Counted from the first letter of the stretch, positions 43,705-58,575 are shown. The stretch: 60,743 bases of DNA from Elusimicrobiales bacterium (GCA_038204165.1 JBBRDG010000005.1:1-60743); one strand, 5' to 3'. A program made the numbers and translations. Notes: generated by a model not told the origin, from the letters alone.

Positions 43705-44667
43705 ATGTTCAAACCTGTGCAATTATTCGCGGACTGGCTGGTTTACGGCGTTTTAGGCTTCGGGCGCGAGACGCTCGCCGGCTCTTCGCTTAACTTCTTC
43801 GTGTTCGACACGATAAAGATCTTCATCCTGCTGGCCGCCATTATCTTCGTGGTAGCCATGCTCCGGTCTTTCATGCCGCCGGCGAAGGTGCGGGAGATTA
43901 TCCTTAAAAAAAGCCGTTTCACGGCCCACCTCTGGGCCGCGGCGCTGGGCATAATAACCCCGTTCTGCACCTGCAGCGCTATCCCGTTGTTCCTCGGCTT
44001 CATCCAGACCGGCATCCCGTTGGGAGTGACGTTCTCTTTCCTGGTCTCTTCGCCAATGATCAACGAGGTGGCGCTGGTGATGCTGTTCGGCATGTTCGGT
44101 TGGAAAATAGCTCTGCTCTACGCCGTGAGCGGGTTCATAATAGCGGTGCTCTCCGGCCTTCTCATAGGGGCCATGGGCCTGGAGGGAGAACTGGAGGGCT
44201 TCGACAGGGAAAAGCGCGTGACGAACGTGGCTTTCTCTCTGGAGATGCCCTGGAGCGAGCGCCTGCAATACGCCCGCGAGTATACCCTGGACATTCTAAA
44301 GACGGTGTGGCCTTATGTGCTGATCGGCATCGGCCTGGGCGCCTGGATCCACGGCTATGTGCCCCAGGACCTGCTGGGCCGCTACGCCGGGGCTGATAAA
44401 TGGTACGCGGTGCCCTTCGCTACGCTGGTGGGCGTGCCGCTGTACTCCAACGCCGCGGGCGTGATCCCGCTGGTAAGCGCGCTTACCGAAAAAGGCGTGG
44501 CCATCGGCACTACGCTGGCCTTCATGATGGCAGTTACAGGGCTGTCCCTGCCGGAATTTATGATCCTGCGCCGGGTTATGAAGCTTAAGCTGCTGCTTAT
44601 CTTCTTCGGGATAGTGGGTGCCGGTGTAATGTTCACCGGTTTTTTGTTTAACTGGGTAATAAAATAG
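43705..44667 (+). CDS. Permease of the ArsP / DUF318 (YraQ-like) family
   Basis: Polytopic membrane protein with the conserved TPFCTCSAIPLF motif. Confidence 0.7.
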   Translation: MFKPVQLFADWLVYGVLGFGRETLAGSSLNFFVFDTIKIFILLAAIIFVVAMLRSFMPPAKVREIILKKSRFTAHLWAAALGIITPFCTCSAIPLFLGFIQTGIPLGVTFSFLVSSPMINEVALVMLFGMFGWKIALLYAVSGFIIAVLSGLLIGAMGLEGELEGFDREKRVTNVAFSLEMPWSERLQYAREYTLDILKTVWPYVLIGIGLGAWIHGYVPQDLLGRYAGADKWYAVPFATLVGVPLYSNAAGVIPLVSALTEKGVAIGTTLAFMMAVTGLSLPEFMILRRVMKLKLLLIFFGIVGAGVMFTGFLFNWVIK

Positions 44668-44679
44668 CACGGAGAAAAT

Positions 44680-44919
44680 ATGAAAAAGAAAATACAGATT
44701 CTTGGAATGGGCTGCGCTAAGTGCGGTACGCTTTACGCGCACGCGGAGGAAGCGGCTAAGCAACTCGGCCTCGATTACGAGATGGAAAAGATAGCCGACA
44801 TGGACCGCATAACGGACATGGGCGTTATGATGACTCCGGCCCTGGCCGTCGACGGCGAGGTTAAAATTTCCGGCCGTGTTCCTACGGTGGAGGCGCTTAA
44901 GGAAGTACTTAAAAAATAA
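44680..44919 (+). CDS. Thioredoxin-fold small redox-active disulfide protein (Thioredoxin_3 type)
   Basis: KIQILGMGCAKCGTL (CxxC) ... MTPALAVDGEV. Length 79 aa. Confidence 0.75.
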   Translation: MKKKIQILGMGCAKCGTLYAHAEEAAKQLGLDYEMEKIADMDRITDMGVMMTPALAVDGEVKISGRVPTVEALKEVLKK

Positions 44920-44973
44920 GCGCAAAGTCCGGGGCGTTTCCGGGAAAGCGGGGAAGCTGATCTAAGGGGAACT

Positions 44974-45453
44974 ATGAAAAAACTATCATTAGCTGCGGGC
45001 TTATTGCTCCTTGTTCTCGCGTCGGTCGCGGTTTATGCTCAGAAAGACGTTAAGGCGAAACCGGCTGAAAAGGCTAAAGCCTCTTCCGCCGCTAAAACGG
45101 TTAAAAAATCCGTTCAGGATAAAGTCGTGGTATATTACTTTCACGGCAACGCCAGGTGCACTACTTGCAAGGCCATGGAGGCCATGACCCGTGAGGCGAT
45201 AGACACTGGGTTTAAAAAAGAGACCGCCTCGGGCCGGCTGGCGTTAAAAGAGGTGAATGTGGACGAGGAGGCGAACATGCATTTCGTCTTCGACTATAAA
45301 CTGTCTACCAAGGCCGTTATAGTACAGCGGGTAGTTGACGGGAAGAACGCCGGCTGGACCAACCTGGACCAGATCTGGCTGCTGGCAGGGAAGAAAGATA
45401 AGTTCATTAAATACATCCAGGCTGGCGTAGCTAAGGAATTAGCTGAAAAATGA
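44974..45453 (+). CDS. Secreted thioredoxin-like CxxC protein (possibly ArsF-family-like)
   Basis: Signal peptide. VVVYYFHGNARCTTCKAME has a CxxC after a beta strand. The family name is recalled from memory only. Confidence 0.5.
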   Translation: MKKLSLAAGLLLLVLASVAVYAQKDVKAKPAEKAKASSAAKTVKKSVQDKVVVYYFHGNARCTTCKAMEAMTREAIDTGFKKETASGRLALKEVNVDEEANMHFVFDYKLSTKAVIVQRVVDGKNAGWTNLDQIWLLAGKKDKFIKYIQAGVAKELAEK

Positions 45454-46145
45454 GCGAATATCTGGCGTCCGCGGGTTTTGTTTTCTGGCTGGGGCTACTG
45501 ACTTCGGTCAGCCCCTGCCCGCTGGCCGCCAACCTGGCCGCGCTTTCGTTCATCTCGCGGCGCGTGGAAGGGCGGTGGGTCGCCCTGCTGGAAGGCCTGG
45601 CGTATGTACTGGGCAGGATCGCTCTTTATTCGCTTCTTGCTTTAGTTTTGCTTAAGGCCGCCGGAGCCGTGCCGGCGGTGTCGTTTTTTCTGCAGCGGCA
45701 TATAAACCAGGTTCTGGGGCCGCTGCTGGTAATTGCGGGGCTGTTCCTGTTGGGGTATATAAAGCTTCCTTTCCTGAGTATAGCGCCCCCGGTCAGCGCA
45801 GAGTCCCTCTCCCGCAGGAAGGGTTTTTCCGGCGCTTTCGTTATGGGCTTGGTTTTTGCCCTGGCTTTCTGCCCGGTCTCGGCCGCTCTTTATTTCGGGA
45901 GTATGCTGCCGCTGGCGTTCAAAAATGAGTCCTTTCTGCTTTACCCCGCGCTTTACGGCCTCGGCAGCGGTCTCCCTATAGCGGCCGCGGGCGTGCTGCT
46001 GGCTTTCGGGTTTAAAAGAGCGTCCGCTATAGCCGGCGGTGCGGCTGCCGTAGAAAAAAAAGTAAAATCATTAACCGGGCTTGTGTTCATTTTAAGCGGC
46101 TCGTATATTGCGCTTAAATATGTTTTTGGTTTAGACCTGCCTTAA
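45450..46145 (+). CDS. CcdA/DsbD-family thiol-disulfide transfer membrane protein (possibly ArsG-family-like)
   Basis: 6-TM profile. SPCPLAANLAAL in TM1 and FCPVSAALYFG in TM4. ATGA overlap with the upstream gene. Confidence 0.6.
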   Translation: MSEYLASAGFVFWLGLLTSVSPCPLAANLAALSFISRRVEGRWVALLEGLAYVLGRIALYSLLALVLLKAAGAVPAVSFFLQRHINQVLGPLLVIAGLFLLGYIKLPFLSIAPPVSAESLSRRKGFSGAFVMGLVFALAFCPVSAALYFGSMLPLAFKNESFLLYPALYGLGSGLPIAAAGVLLAFGFKRASAIAGGAAAVEKKVKSLTGLVFILSGSYIALKYVFGLDLP

Positions 46146-46195
46146 GGCGGCTTCAGAAACGCCTGCAGGCACTTGAAAGTTAAAAGGAGAGTATT

Positions 46196-46534
46196 ATGGA
46201 AATTACAGACGCCGCGATAGAGACCCTGAAGAAAGTTATAAAAGAAGAAGGAAAAGGTTCCTGCCTGCGCATCTTCACGACCGAAGGCTGCTGCGGCCCC
46301 TCGCTGGCCATGGACCTGGCGCCTAAGCCGGACAAGGACGACACCGAAATAGTTAAGAAAGATTTTAAGGTGTACGTCCACAAGGACGCCGCGCCCATGC
46401 TCGAGAAAGCTGTCATCGACTGCGACGCGGACGGCGGCATAAGCGTAAAAGGCCTGCCCTCTCACGGCTGCGGCGACAGCTGCGGCGGCGGAGACTGTGG
46501 CGACGGAAAAAGCGACTGCGGCTGCGGCCACTAA
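46196..46534 (+). CDS. HesB/IscA-like protein with a Cys-rich C-terminal tail
   Basis: IscA-like ITDAAIETLKKVI ... LRIFTTEGCCGPS. Tail: HGCGDSCGGGDCGDGKSDCGCGH. Confidence 0.6.
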   Translation: MEITDAAIETLKKVIKEEGKGSCLRIFTTEGCCGPSLAMDLAPKPDKDDTEIVKKDFKVYVHKDAAPMLEKAVIDCDADGGISVKGLPSHGCGDSCGGGDCGDGKSDCGCGH

Positions 46535-46543
46535 GCTGTAGCC

Positions 46544-46972
<429 letters not shown>

Positions 46973-47083
46973 ACTAAATCGCGGGTAAATAATATTTTCG
47001 GTCGCTGTCTGGTTATCAGGATGGCGGCCTTGAAATCCTTAACAGAATTTAGTGAAATGAGGGGACTCAGAGAAGGGGGGAAT

Positions 47084-47995
47084 ATGAAAAAGATATTTAT
47101 TGGCCGGCTTATGGCCGCAGCTGTAGTTTCAGCGTTTTTTCTGGCCGGTTGTTCCAACAGGAAAGAGGCCACGGTGGGCACTCCGGGGAATCCGCTGGTG
47201 GTGGCTTTCTCGCCGGAGCATGTGCCCGCGGGCACGCGCGAGCCGCTGCTGTTCATAAAGGATTACCTGAGCGCGCAGACAGGCCTGACGGTGGAGGTAA
47301 AGACCGCGGCCACTTCTCTGGACGTTATCGAGATGCTCGGTTCTGATAAGGCCGACGCGGCTTTTATGACCACCGAGGAATACCTGGTGGCCCGCGAACA
47401 GTACCGCGTAGAGGCGGCTTTACAGGTTACCCGCCGCGCGGGCGAGAACAAATATAATGCTGTTATCCTGGTGAAGGCCGCCGGAGGGCCTAAGGACGCG
47501 GCAGGTCTGGCTGGCAAAAAGTTCGCCTTTGCGGACCCATATTCTATAAGCGGCTATTTCCTGCCTTCCGCCTTCCTTAAAAACGCCGGGATCAAGGTGC
47601 AGCCTGTTTTCTCTGGCAGTCATAAAGCCGCCCTCTCCGCCCTGCTCTCCGGCAGCGCCGACGCCGCGGCCACTTACGCCGGCGCGGCCAAAGGGCACCC
47701 CGAACTGCGGGTGCTGGCCGTTACCGGGGCAGCCCCCAACGAACCGGTGGTAGTACGCCGCAGCCTGTTGCCGGAAAAGCGGCAGGCTTTAGAGAACGCT
47801 TTGATCGCCCTGCCTGGCACTCCTGAGGGGAGTAAGGCCCTTGGGGCGGTAGCGGACATCTCCGGCTTCACCGCCGTATCTGAGGCCCCTTACAAGGCCA
47901 TTCATGAAAGAATCCTCGCCGCGGGGAAGTCGGTGTATGACCTGCTTCCTGAAGGCTGGCATTTTCAGCAGCTTAACGAACCCTATATGCCCTGA
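47084..47995 (+). CDS. PhnD-like phosphonate/phosphite ABC substrate-binding lipoprotein (orphan)
   Basis: RBS gaagggggg and lipobox FLAGC. PhnD-like: LVVAFSPEH ... FAFADPYSISGYFLP ... AAATYAGA. There are no adjacent ABC permease or ATPase genes. Confidence 0.65.
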   Translation: MKKIFIGRLMAAAVVSAFFLAGCSNRKEATVGTPGNPLVVAFSPEHVPAGTREPLLFIKDYLSAQTGLTVEVKTAATSLDVIEMLGSDKADAAFMTTEEYLVAREQYRVEAALQVTRRAGENKYNAVILVKAAGGPKDAAGLAGKKFAFADPYSISGYFLPSAFLKNAGIKVQPVFSGSHKAALSALLSGSADAAATYAGAAKGHPELRVLAVTGAAPNEPVVVRRSLLPEKRQALENALIALPGTPEGSKALGAVADISGFTAVSEAPYKAIHERILAAGKSVYDLLPEGWHFQQLNEPYMP

Positions 47996-48013
47996 AGCTA
48001 CGGCGTTAAAAAT

Positions 48014-48049
48014 AAAGAACCGCGGGCTGTCCCGCGGTTCTTTGCTTTT
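48014..48049. terminator. Bidirectional intrinsic terminator
   Basis: 13-bp perfect stem aaagaaccgcggg/cccgcggttcttt with loop ctgt. An A-run lies upstream and a T-run downstream, between convergent genes. Confidence 0.85.
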
Positions 48050-48061
48050 AATGAGGAGCTT

Positions 48062-49399
48062 TTACGCTTCGTTCTCGACCAGCGGCCGGTGCTCTTCCAG
48101 CTCGGGGCCCGCGGCCTTCTTGAGCGGGGTTTCGTTCCACAGGCGGGTCATCAACAGCGCGCCCATCAGCGAGAACGGCATGATCATGTAGGTCCAGGAG
48201 CCCCAGCCCCATTTGTCCAGGTAGTGGCCCATCAGGAAGCCGGTGAGGCCCGAGGCCAGGTACTGCACGCCGTCGAGCAGGCCCGCCACGGTGGAGGCCG
48301 CGCGCGTGCCGCCGAAGTCCATGGAGGCCGTGCCGGTAAGCATGCCGTGCACGCCAAAGATCCACATGCAGCAGACGCCTATCATGAACGACGCCACCAA
48401 CGGACTGGCGGTCTGCCCGAGGATGAACAACGAGACAATCTGGAGCAGGTAGAAGATAAAGGCTACCGGCGGGCGGCGCGACTGGAACAGCTTGTCGGAC
48501 ATGTAGCCGCAAAGGATGCCTCCCAGGATGCCGCCTACGGTTATGCCGGAGGTGGCCAGGGTGAACAGTTTGCCGCCGTGCTCTATCTTGTGCACCTCGC
48601 TCAGGAAAGGCACAAACCAGAGCAGCAGGCCCTGGCGCACGAAGCCGGTGCAGAACTCGGAGACGGCCAGGACCATGATGACGCGGTTGGTGAACACGCG
48701 GGTCATCAGTTCCCGGAACTTAAGCGGGGTCTTGTCGGTTTCGTGGGAGGAAGCATCGCCGGTATTGAAGTTCTCGAAGCCGGCATCCTTGGGGGTGTCC
48801 TTTACCAGGAACAGGTCTACAAAGAACATCAGCAGGATGGCCGCCGAGGGGATCAGGAATACCATATACCAGTTCATCGTCGACAGGATCCAGCCGCCTA
48901 CCGTCATGGCCAGAAAGTAGCCGCCGGAGATCATGATTCCGAAGATGCCGCCGAATACGCCGCGTTCCTTAACGTGGAACCAAGGGGCGTTGACTTTAAC
49001 CACGGACAGGGCGCCGAAGGACTGGAAGTACTGGTTCACCGCGTACAGCAGGGACATGCCCACTACCAGCTTGGTCTGCCAGCCGCCCAGGAACAGCAGG
49101 CCGATGATAAGGTTTAAAAGCGACGCACCGAGCGCGCCGAAAAGGATGGCTTTCTTGCCGCCGATGCGGTCGGCCAGCGGGCCGTTGAACATGACCGAGA
49201 GGGCGTAGGTCCAGAAGCCGGCCGTGGCGATCATGCCGAATTCCGCCTTACTCAAGTGGAACATGTCCATCATGGTCTTGGACGCTACGTTCAGATTGTA
49301 GCGGCCCATGTAGAAAGTGGCGTAAGTCAGACCGAGGGGGAACCAATTCATGAAACGGCGGCGGCGGTAAGCTGCGGCATGGACGGGGGCTTCTGACAT
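48062..49399 (-). CDS. MFS transporter, organophosphate:Pi antiporter (GlpT/UhpC-like)
   Basis: 12-TM profile. YRRRRF...TYATFYMGRYNLNVA and GPLADRIGGKK are typical of the OPA family. Confidence 0.78.
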   Translation of the reverse strand: MSEAPVHAAAYRRRRFMNWFPLGLTYATFYMGRYNLNVASKTMMDMFHLSKAEFGMIATAGFWTYALSVMFNGPLADRIGGKKAILFGALGASLLNLIIGLLFLGGWQTKLVVGMSLLYAVNQYFQSFGALSVVKVNAPWFHVKERGVFGGIFGIMISGGYFLAMTVGGWILSTMNWYMVFLIPSAAILLMFFVDLFLVKDTPKDAGFENFNTGDASSHETDKTPLKFRELMTRVFTNRVIMVLAVSEFCTGFVRQGLLLWFVPFLSEVHKIEHGGKLFTLATSGITVGGILGGILCGYMSDKLFQSRRPPVAFIFYLLQIVSLFILGQTASPLVASFMIGVCCMWIFGVHGMLTGTASMDFGGTRAASTVAGLLDGVQYLASGLTGFLMGHYLDKWGWGSWTYMIMPFSLMGALLMTRLWNETPLKKAAGPELEEHRPLVENEA

Positions 49400-49481
49400 T
49401 GTTTGCGCTCCTGTTCTAGAAAGGTATAATAAATTATATAAATTTGAGAAAGGGCCAATGTAAAGTCCGGGTAAAATTGGA

Positions 49482-49868
49482 ATGAAACCAAAAATACTAC
49501 TTGTAGACGACCTTGAAGAGATCCTGGCGCCGCTCCGGAAGCTCCTTCGTACCTGCGAACTTACCGAGGCCCGCGACGGTAAATCTGCCGTGGAACTGGC
49601 CGCCTCCGGCGCGCCGGACCTGGTGCTGCTGGATTTCCACCTGCCGGATATGAGCGGCGATGAAGTGCTGGAGAAGCTGCGTCAGCTTACCCCTCCGCCT
49701 GTGGTTATCATTATGACCGGGGACGATACCGTGGAAACAGCCGGTAAAGCCCTGGCCGCCGGGGCTTTCGCGCATATAACCAAGCCTTTCGAGGCCAAAG
49801 ATATCCTGGACCTGGTGATAAAAGGCCTGGAATTTGCCGAGAAAGAAAAGACGAAGCGAGGTCAATAA
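49482..49868 (+). CDS. Single-domain response regulator (CheY-like)
   Basis: ILLVDDLEE ... DLVLLDFHLPDMSG ... IIMTG ... HITKPF. Confidence 0.85.
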   Translation: MKPKILLVDDLEEILAPLRKLLRTCELTEARDGKSAVELAASGAPDLVLLDFHLPDMSGDEVLEKLRQLTPPPVVIIMTGDDTVETAGKALAAGAFAHITKPFEAKDILDLVIKGLEFAEKEKTKRGQ

Positions 49869-49884
49869 GCCCGGTCCGCAAAGC

Positions 49885-49920
49885 AAAACCCCGCGCCCTT
49901 TCGGACGCGGGGTTTTTTTT
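49885..49920. terminator. Bidirectional intrinsic terminator
   Basis: Stem ccccgcg/cgcgggg, flanked by an A-run and an 8-T run. It lies between convergent genes. Confidence 0.85.
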
Positions 49921-49945
49921 ATCCCCTTAGATGCTTAGGCCAAGT

Positions 49946-51139
49946 TTAGAACTTGTAGCCTACGCTGATAGCCGGCAGGTGCGCGGTAGAATTGTACTTG
50001 CCGTTAAGAGTATTGGATGCGAGATCCTGTACGCTGTCGTGGATGGTCCTTTCCATGAACATAAGGTATGTATATGAAATGTCCAACACTATGTTCCCCT
50101 TGGTGTAACCGGCGCCGATGGAGAAAGCGAGGCGGTCGGAGTCGGGGACACGGGTCTCGAAGTACTTTTCTTTGACCGGGTTCAGGTCATAGAAGCTTCC
50201 GGCGCGGAACTTCCAGGTATCGGAGTATTTGTACTCGGTACCGGCATGGAAGCCCCAAACGCTCTCCCAGCCCTTATAGGCCGTAGTCGTGCCGCCGGTA
50301 AAAGTGGCGGAGTTGATCTTCAGGGCGTGGTAGGTGGCCCAATCCGTGTAGTCGGCGGTAGCGCTGACCAGCCACTTTTCATTCACCTTGTAACCGGCGC
50401 CCACCTGGAAGGTGTCGGGCAGGGTCAGTTTGGTGTTGGCGTCGTTGTCCTTGGGGGTGTTGGTTACCTTGGCGGTGCCGTCAATGAGGACCTTTACCGG
50501 GCTGCGGTAGCTGGCGCCGAAGTTCCACTTCTCGTTGAGCTTGTAGAAGGCAGCGGCATTGTAGCCCCAGCCGTGGCCGGTGCCGCTAAGCTGCATTTCC
50601 ATGGTGGGGGCGGCCATCTGGTAAAGCTTGGCGTCAAGAGAGACATAGTCTATACCCAGACCAAACGACAGTCTGTCGTTAACCTTGTAGGCTCCATTAA
50701 GGTTATAGTTGAAAGCCTTAATGTCGGACAGGGTCGCGACATACTTGGTGGTGGCGCTGGTTTTATCCCACTCGGAGGACAACCCGAACGGAGCATTGAA
50801 ACCAAAGCCGAGCGCCCATTTCTCGTTGAGTTTATGGGTAGCGTAAAGGTAGGGGGGGACGTGCAGGGTATTCTCTATCTTGTCTTTAGTGCCGCTGACA
50901 TTTGTATGTTCCATGGTCGGGTAGACCATTACGGTGCCGAGCGAGAGGTTAGTTTTCTCAAGTTCGGTCATCGCTGCGGGGTTGTACCACACTGCTGACG
51001 CATTATCGGCCACGGCTACGAACGAATTGCCCATGCCGTTGGCTTTAGCGTCCTGCTCCGAAAGGCGGAAACCCGCGGCGTTGACGCTGCTCGCCATCGC
51101 CATGAGCCCCACCAGTAATAGGACTATTATATTAACCAT
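49946..51139 (-). CDS. FadL/TodX-family outer-membrane transport protein
   Basis: Signal peptide. N-terminal hatch GFRLSEQDAKANGMGNSFVAVADNASAVWYNPAAM. Alternating beta-strand pattern and C-terminal GYKF. Confidence 0.8.
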   Translation of the reverse strand: MVNIIVLLLVGLMAMASSVNAAGFRLSEQDAKANGMGNSFVAVADNASAVWYNPAAMTELEKTNLSLGTVMVYPTMEHTNVSGTKDKIENTLHVPPYLYATHKLNEKWALGFGFNAPFGLSSEWDKTSATTKYVATLSDIKAFNYNLNGAYKVNDRLSFGLGIDYVSLDAKLYQMAAPTMEMQLSGTGHGWGYNAAAFYKLNEKWNFGASYRSPVKVLIDGTAKVTNTPKDNDANTKLTLPDTFQVGAGYKVNEKWLVSATADYTDWATYHALKINSATFTGGTTTAYKGWESVWGFHAGTEYKYSDTWKFRAGSFYDLNPVKEKYFETRVPDSDRLAFSIGAGYTKGNIVLDISYTYLMFMERTIHDSVQDLASNTLNGKYNSTAHLPAISVGYKF

Positions 51140-51180
51140 TTATTCCTCCTGATGTGATTTAGGTAACAGGTCAATTATAC

Positions 51181-51214
51181 AAAAAAGACCGCCGTCACCC
51201 GGGTGACGGCGGTC
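51181..51214 (-). terminator. Intrinsic terminator of the WD40 gene
   Basis: Perfect 28-nt palindrome gaccgccgtcaccc|gggtgacggcggtc (51187-51214), followed on the minus strand by a 6-T run. Confidence 0.85.
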
Positions 51215-51236
51215 AAGGCGCGGGAAAGCGGCCCGC

Positions 51237-52106
51237 TCAAAGTGTCCAGAGCTTTATAGTCTTGTCTTTGGAGGCCGAGGCTATATATTTACCGTCAGGA
51301 GAGACATCCACGCTGTATATTTCGTCAGTATGCCCCTCGAAGGTCTTAAGGCAGGTCCCGGAGACCGGGTCCCAGACCTTTACAGCCATGCCGCCGGTCA
51401 CTACCTGTTTGCTGTCCGGCGTGAAGGTCAGGCAGTTGAGCCAGTCGGAATCTTTTACCGAGCCGGCTTCTTCCAGCTTTTCCGCGTTCCAAATCTCCAT
51501 CCGCTTCTCCATGCCGGTGGCGACCGCCAGCAGTTTGCCGTCCGGGGAGAAGGCCACGGCCCTTACGCCGTAGACGTAGGAATCGTTATCTTTAAGGAGT
51601 TTGCCCGAGGGGTCCAGGAACTGCAATTCAACCCCGCCCACGGCCAGCATGCCCGAAGGAGCTACCGCCAGGGCCTTGATATCCCCGATTACCGGGCTGA
51701 GCGTGTTCTCAAGCCCGCATTTAGGCGAGGAAAAAACTTTTACCGTGCCGTCGTCCGAACCGGAGTAGAGCAGCGTGCCGTCGGGGGAGAAGGCCAGGCA
51801 ATTCACCGCCGCGCCGTGCTTGGAGGCCGTGCCCAGCGTAGAGCAGTCCCCGGTGCGCCAGATCTTGACGCTCTTGTCCCAGGAGCCCGAGGCAAAAACG
51901 CCGCCGTCCTGGTCGAAGGCCAGTGCGCGCACATCCCCATCGTGGGCTGGCAGGGTCTGAATCTCTATGCCGTCGGGGGTGGACCATAGCCTTATGGTGT
52001 TGTCTTCGCCGGCGGTAGCCAGGAATTTGCCGCACGGAGAGAAGGCCAGCGCCAGCACCCCTTCCGTGTGACCAGTTAAAGTTTTTATCAGACCGTTTTC
52101 AAGCAT
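51237..52106 (-). CDS. Stand-alone seven-blade WD40 repeat protein
   Basis: Seven units of about 40 aa, with GH...(A/V)FSPDG...(A/S)S.D.T(I/V)K(L/I)W signatures. There is no signal peptide and no additional domain. Confidence 0.85.
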   Translation of the reverse strand: MLENGLIKTLTGHTEGVLALAFSPCGKFLATAGEDNTIRLWSTPDGIEIQTLPAHDGDVRALAFDQDGGVFASGSWDKSVKIWRTGDCSTLGTASKHGAAVNCLAFSPDGTLLYSGSDDGTVKVFSSPKCGLENTLSPVIGDIKALAVAPSGMLAVGGVELQFLDPSGKLLKDNDSYVYGVRAVAFSPDGKLLAVATGMEKRMEIWNAEKLEEAGSVKDSDWLNCLTFTPDSKQVVTGGMAVKVWDPVSGTCLKTFEGHTDEIYSVDVSPDGKYIASASKDKTIKLWTL

Positions 52107-52338
52107 TGAGTCCCCCTAAAATCGCTACTAAGAATAATTTATATAATTTTATTGTCGCACATGCAAAGATAAATTTGTTCCGAACTATGTCGCCAAAAGT
52201 TAAGCACAGCTCTGCTCCAGCCATCTTTGTCCTTTGGCTTTTATAGCCTTTTACGGTATGGTCCAGTTCTCTCCACAAAGTTATATAATTATCCAGATTG
52301 CAGGGGCCTGTATTCAGCCGGGGTTAAAGAGATAATAA

Positions 52339-56546
<4,208 letters not shown>

Positions 56547-56550
<4 letters not shown>

Positions 56551-57167
56551 ACTTCACCGAAGATATTAAGACCGTATTCGAAAAAGATCCCGCCGCCAGA
56601 AGCACGGCGGAGGTGCTTTTCTGCTACCCCGGGTTGCACGCCATCTGGCTTTACAGGCCGGCGCACTGGCTGTGGAAGAAAGGCCTGTACTTCCCCGCGC
56701 GCTTTCTCTCTTACCTGGCGCGCTTCCTTACCGGCGTGGACATCCACCCGGGTGCAAGGATCGGGCGCCGCTTTTTCATAGATCACGGGATGGGCGTGGT
56801 GATAGGCGAGACCGCCGAGATAGGCGAAGACGTGCTGCTTTACCAGGGCGTGGTGCTGGGGGGCACCTCGCTGGAACATAAGAAGCGTCACCCTACGCTG
56901 GGCAACGGCGTGGTGGTGGGCGCCGGGGCAACCATCCTGGGCGCCATTAAAATTGGCGACCGCTCGCGCATAGGCGCGGGCTCCGTAGTTCTTAAGGAAG
57001 TCCCGCCGGATACTACCGTTTTCGGCGTGCCCGCGCACAGTTCGCGCGGCGGCGCGCCCGGACAGGCCCAGCTGGACCACAACAAACTGCCTGACTATTG
57101 CAGCGAGGAAATGCGCCGCGTACAGCAGCAGCTCGACGAGCTGCGCAAGGAGCTGGCTTCAAAATGA
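56547..57167 (+). CDS. cysE: Serine O-acetyltransferase
   Basis: DPAARS ... [16 protein letters not shown] ... [30 protein letters not shown], plus hexapeptide repeats. ATGA overlap with the kinase stop. Confidence 0.9.
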
Positions 57168-58114
57168 AATACGCTTCCGATATGAGCGGCCTGATAGGCC
57201 GCACGCCGCTGGTGAAAATAAACCGCCTTCTCGATGGCAGCCAGGCTCTGCTGCTGGCTAAATTGGAATTCTTTAACCCGTCTTCCAGCGTTAAAGACAG
57301 GGCCGCGTTCGGCATGCTTAAAGACGCGGAGGCCCGCGGGCTGCTGAAGCCCGGTGCGCTGGTGGTGGAGCCCACCAGCGGCAATACCGGCATAGGACTG
57401 GCCTGGCTGTGCGCCATAAAAGGCTACCGCCTGGTGCTTACTATGCCGGAAACTATGAGCCTGGAGCGGCGCAAGATCCTGCACGCTTTCGGCGCCAGCA
57501 TGGTGCTGACCTCTGGCCCCGCGGGTATGGCCGGGGCGGTGGCTAAGGCCGAAGAGATCTGCGGCGCTACTCCCGGAGCCTTTATGCCCAGGCAGTTCTC
57601 CAACCCGGCCAATCCCGCCATACACGAGGCCACCACCGCCGAAGAGATCTGGAGCGATACCGACGGCCAGGTTGACGTGGTTGTGGCCGGGATCGGGACG
57701 GGCGGCACTATAACCGGCGTGGCCCGTGCCCTTAAAAAGAAGCGCCCCGGCATTAAGATTATCGGTGTGGAGCCCGCGGCCTCTCCGGTACTGGGCGGGG
57801 GTAAAGCTGGTCCTCACCGGATTCAGGGGATAGGCGCTAATTTTATTCCGGAAGTGCTGCAGCTGGACCTGGTGGATGAAATTGTGCCCGTTGGCGACGA
57901 ACAGGCCGGGCAGATGGCCCGGCGGCTCATCCGCGAAGAGGGAATACTCTGCGGCATCTCTTCAGGAGCCGCCATGCACGCCGCTGTTCTGGTCGCGCTG
58001 CGCCCGGCCCTAAAGGGAAAAACTATAGTGGTCGTGCTGCCGGATACCGGAGAGCGCTACCTTAGCACCTGGCTATTTGAAGATCTGCCGCCTATAGGGA
58101 AGGCGGACCTGTAA
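57164..58114 (+). CDS. cysK: Cysteine synthase A (O-acetylserine sulfhydrylase)
   Basis: [16 protein letters not shown] lysine in [31 protein letters not shown] overlap with cysE. Confidence 0.92.
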   Translation: MKYASDMSGLIGRTPLVKINRLLDGSQALLLAKLEFFNPSSSVKDRAAFGMLKDAEARGLLKPGALVVEPTSGNTGIGLAWLCAIKGYRLVLTMPETMSLERRKILHAFGASMVLTSGPAGMAGAVAKAEEICGATPGAFMPRQFSNPANPAIHEATTAEEIWSDTDGQVDVVVAGIGTGGTITGVARALKKKRPGIKIIGVEPAASPVLGGGKAGPHRIQGIGANFIPEVLQLDLVDEIVPVGDEQAGQMARRLIREEGILCGISSGAAMHAAVLVALRPALKGKTIVVVLPDTGERYLSTWLFEDLPPIGKADL

Positions 58115-58116
58115 CT

Positions 58117-58575
58117 ATGAAACTTGCGACACTGTGCTACATAAAAAAGAACGGCAGGACGCTGATGCTTCACCGCGTTAAGAAGAAGGACGACGTCCAC
58201 GAAGGCAAGTGGAACGGCCTCGGCGGTAAATTCGAGCCCGGAGAATCTCCCGAAGACTGCGTGATCCGCGAGATCCGCGAGGAATCAGGCCTTAAGATTA
58301 AATCCCCGTCGCTGAAAGGCGTGCTGACTTTCCCCGGCTTCGCGAAGGACGAGGACTGGTACGTCTTCGTCTTTACCGCCTCGCAGTTCACAGGCCGCCT
58401 TATAGATTCATCCGAGGGGAACCTGGAATGGGTGCCGGACCGGGACCTGTTGAAACTCAATCTCTGGGAAGGCGACAGGGTGTTCCTGCCGCTGCTTAAA
58501 CGGCGCGGCCACTTCTCCGGCAAGTTCCATTACAAGAACGGGCGTCTCGTAAAATACAGCGTGGAAAAATACTGA
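58117..58575 (+). CDS. Nudix hydrolase (MutT/8-oxo-dGTPase-like)
   Basis: Nudix box GKWNGLGGKFEPGESPEDCVIREIREESGL. Confidence 0.85.
   Translation: MKLATLCYIKKNGRTLMLHRVKKKDDVHEGKWNGLGGKFEPGESPEDCVIREIREESGLKIKSPSLKGVLTFPGFAKDEDWYVFVFTASQFTGRLIDSSEGNLEWVPDRDLLKLNLWEGDRVFLPLLKRRGHFSGKFHYKNGRLVKYSVEKY

Noticed and set aside
47021-47083. Upstream ATG 47021 for the PhnD-like gene, and analogous long starts at 41814, 57098, 6795, 8258, 22410 and 11917.
   Set aside because: In each case an internal ATG preceded by a purine-rich RBS yields a proper signal peptide or the conserved family N-terminus. The extension overlaps the upstream gene or a terminator.
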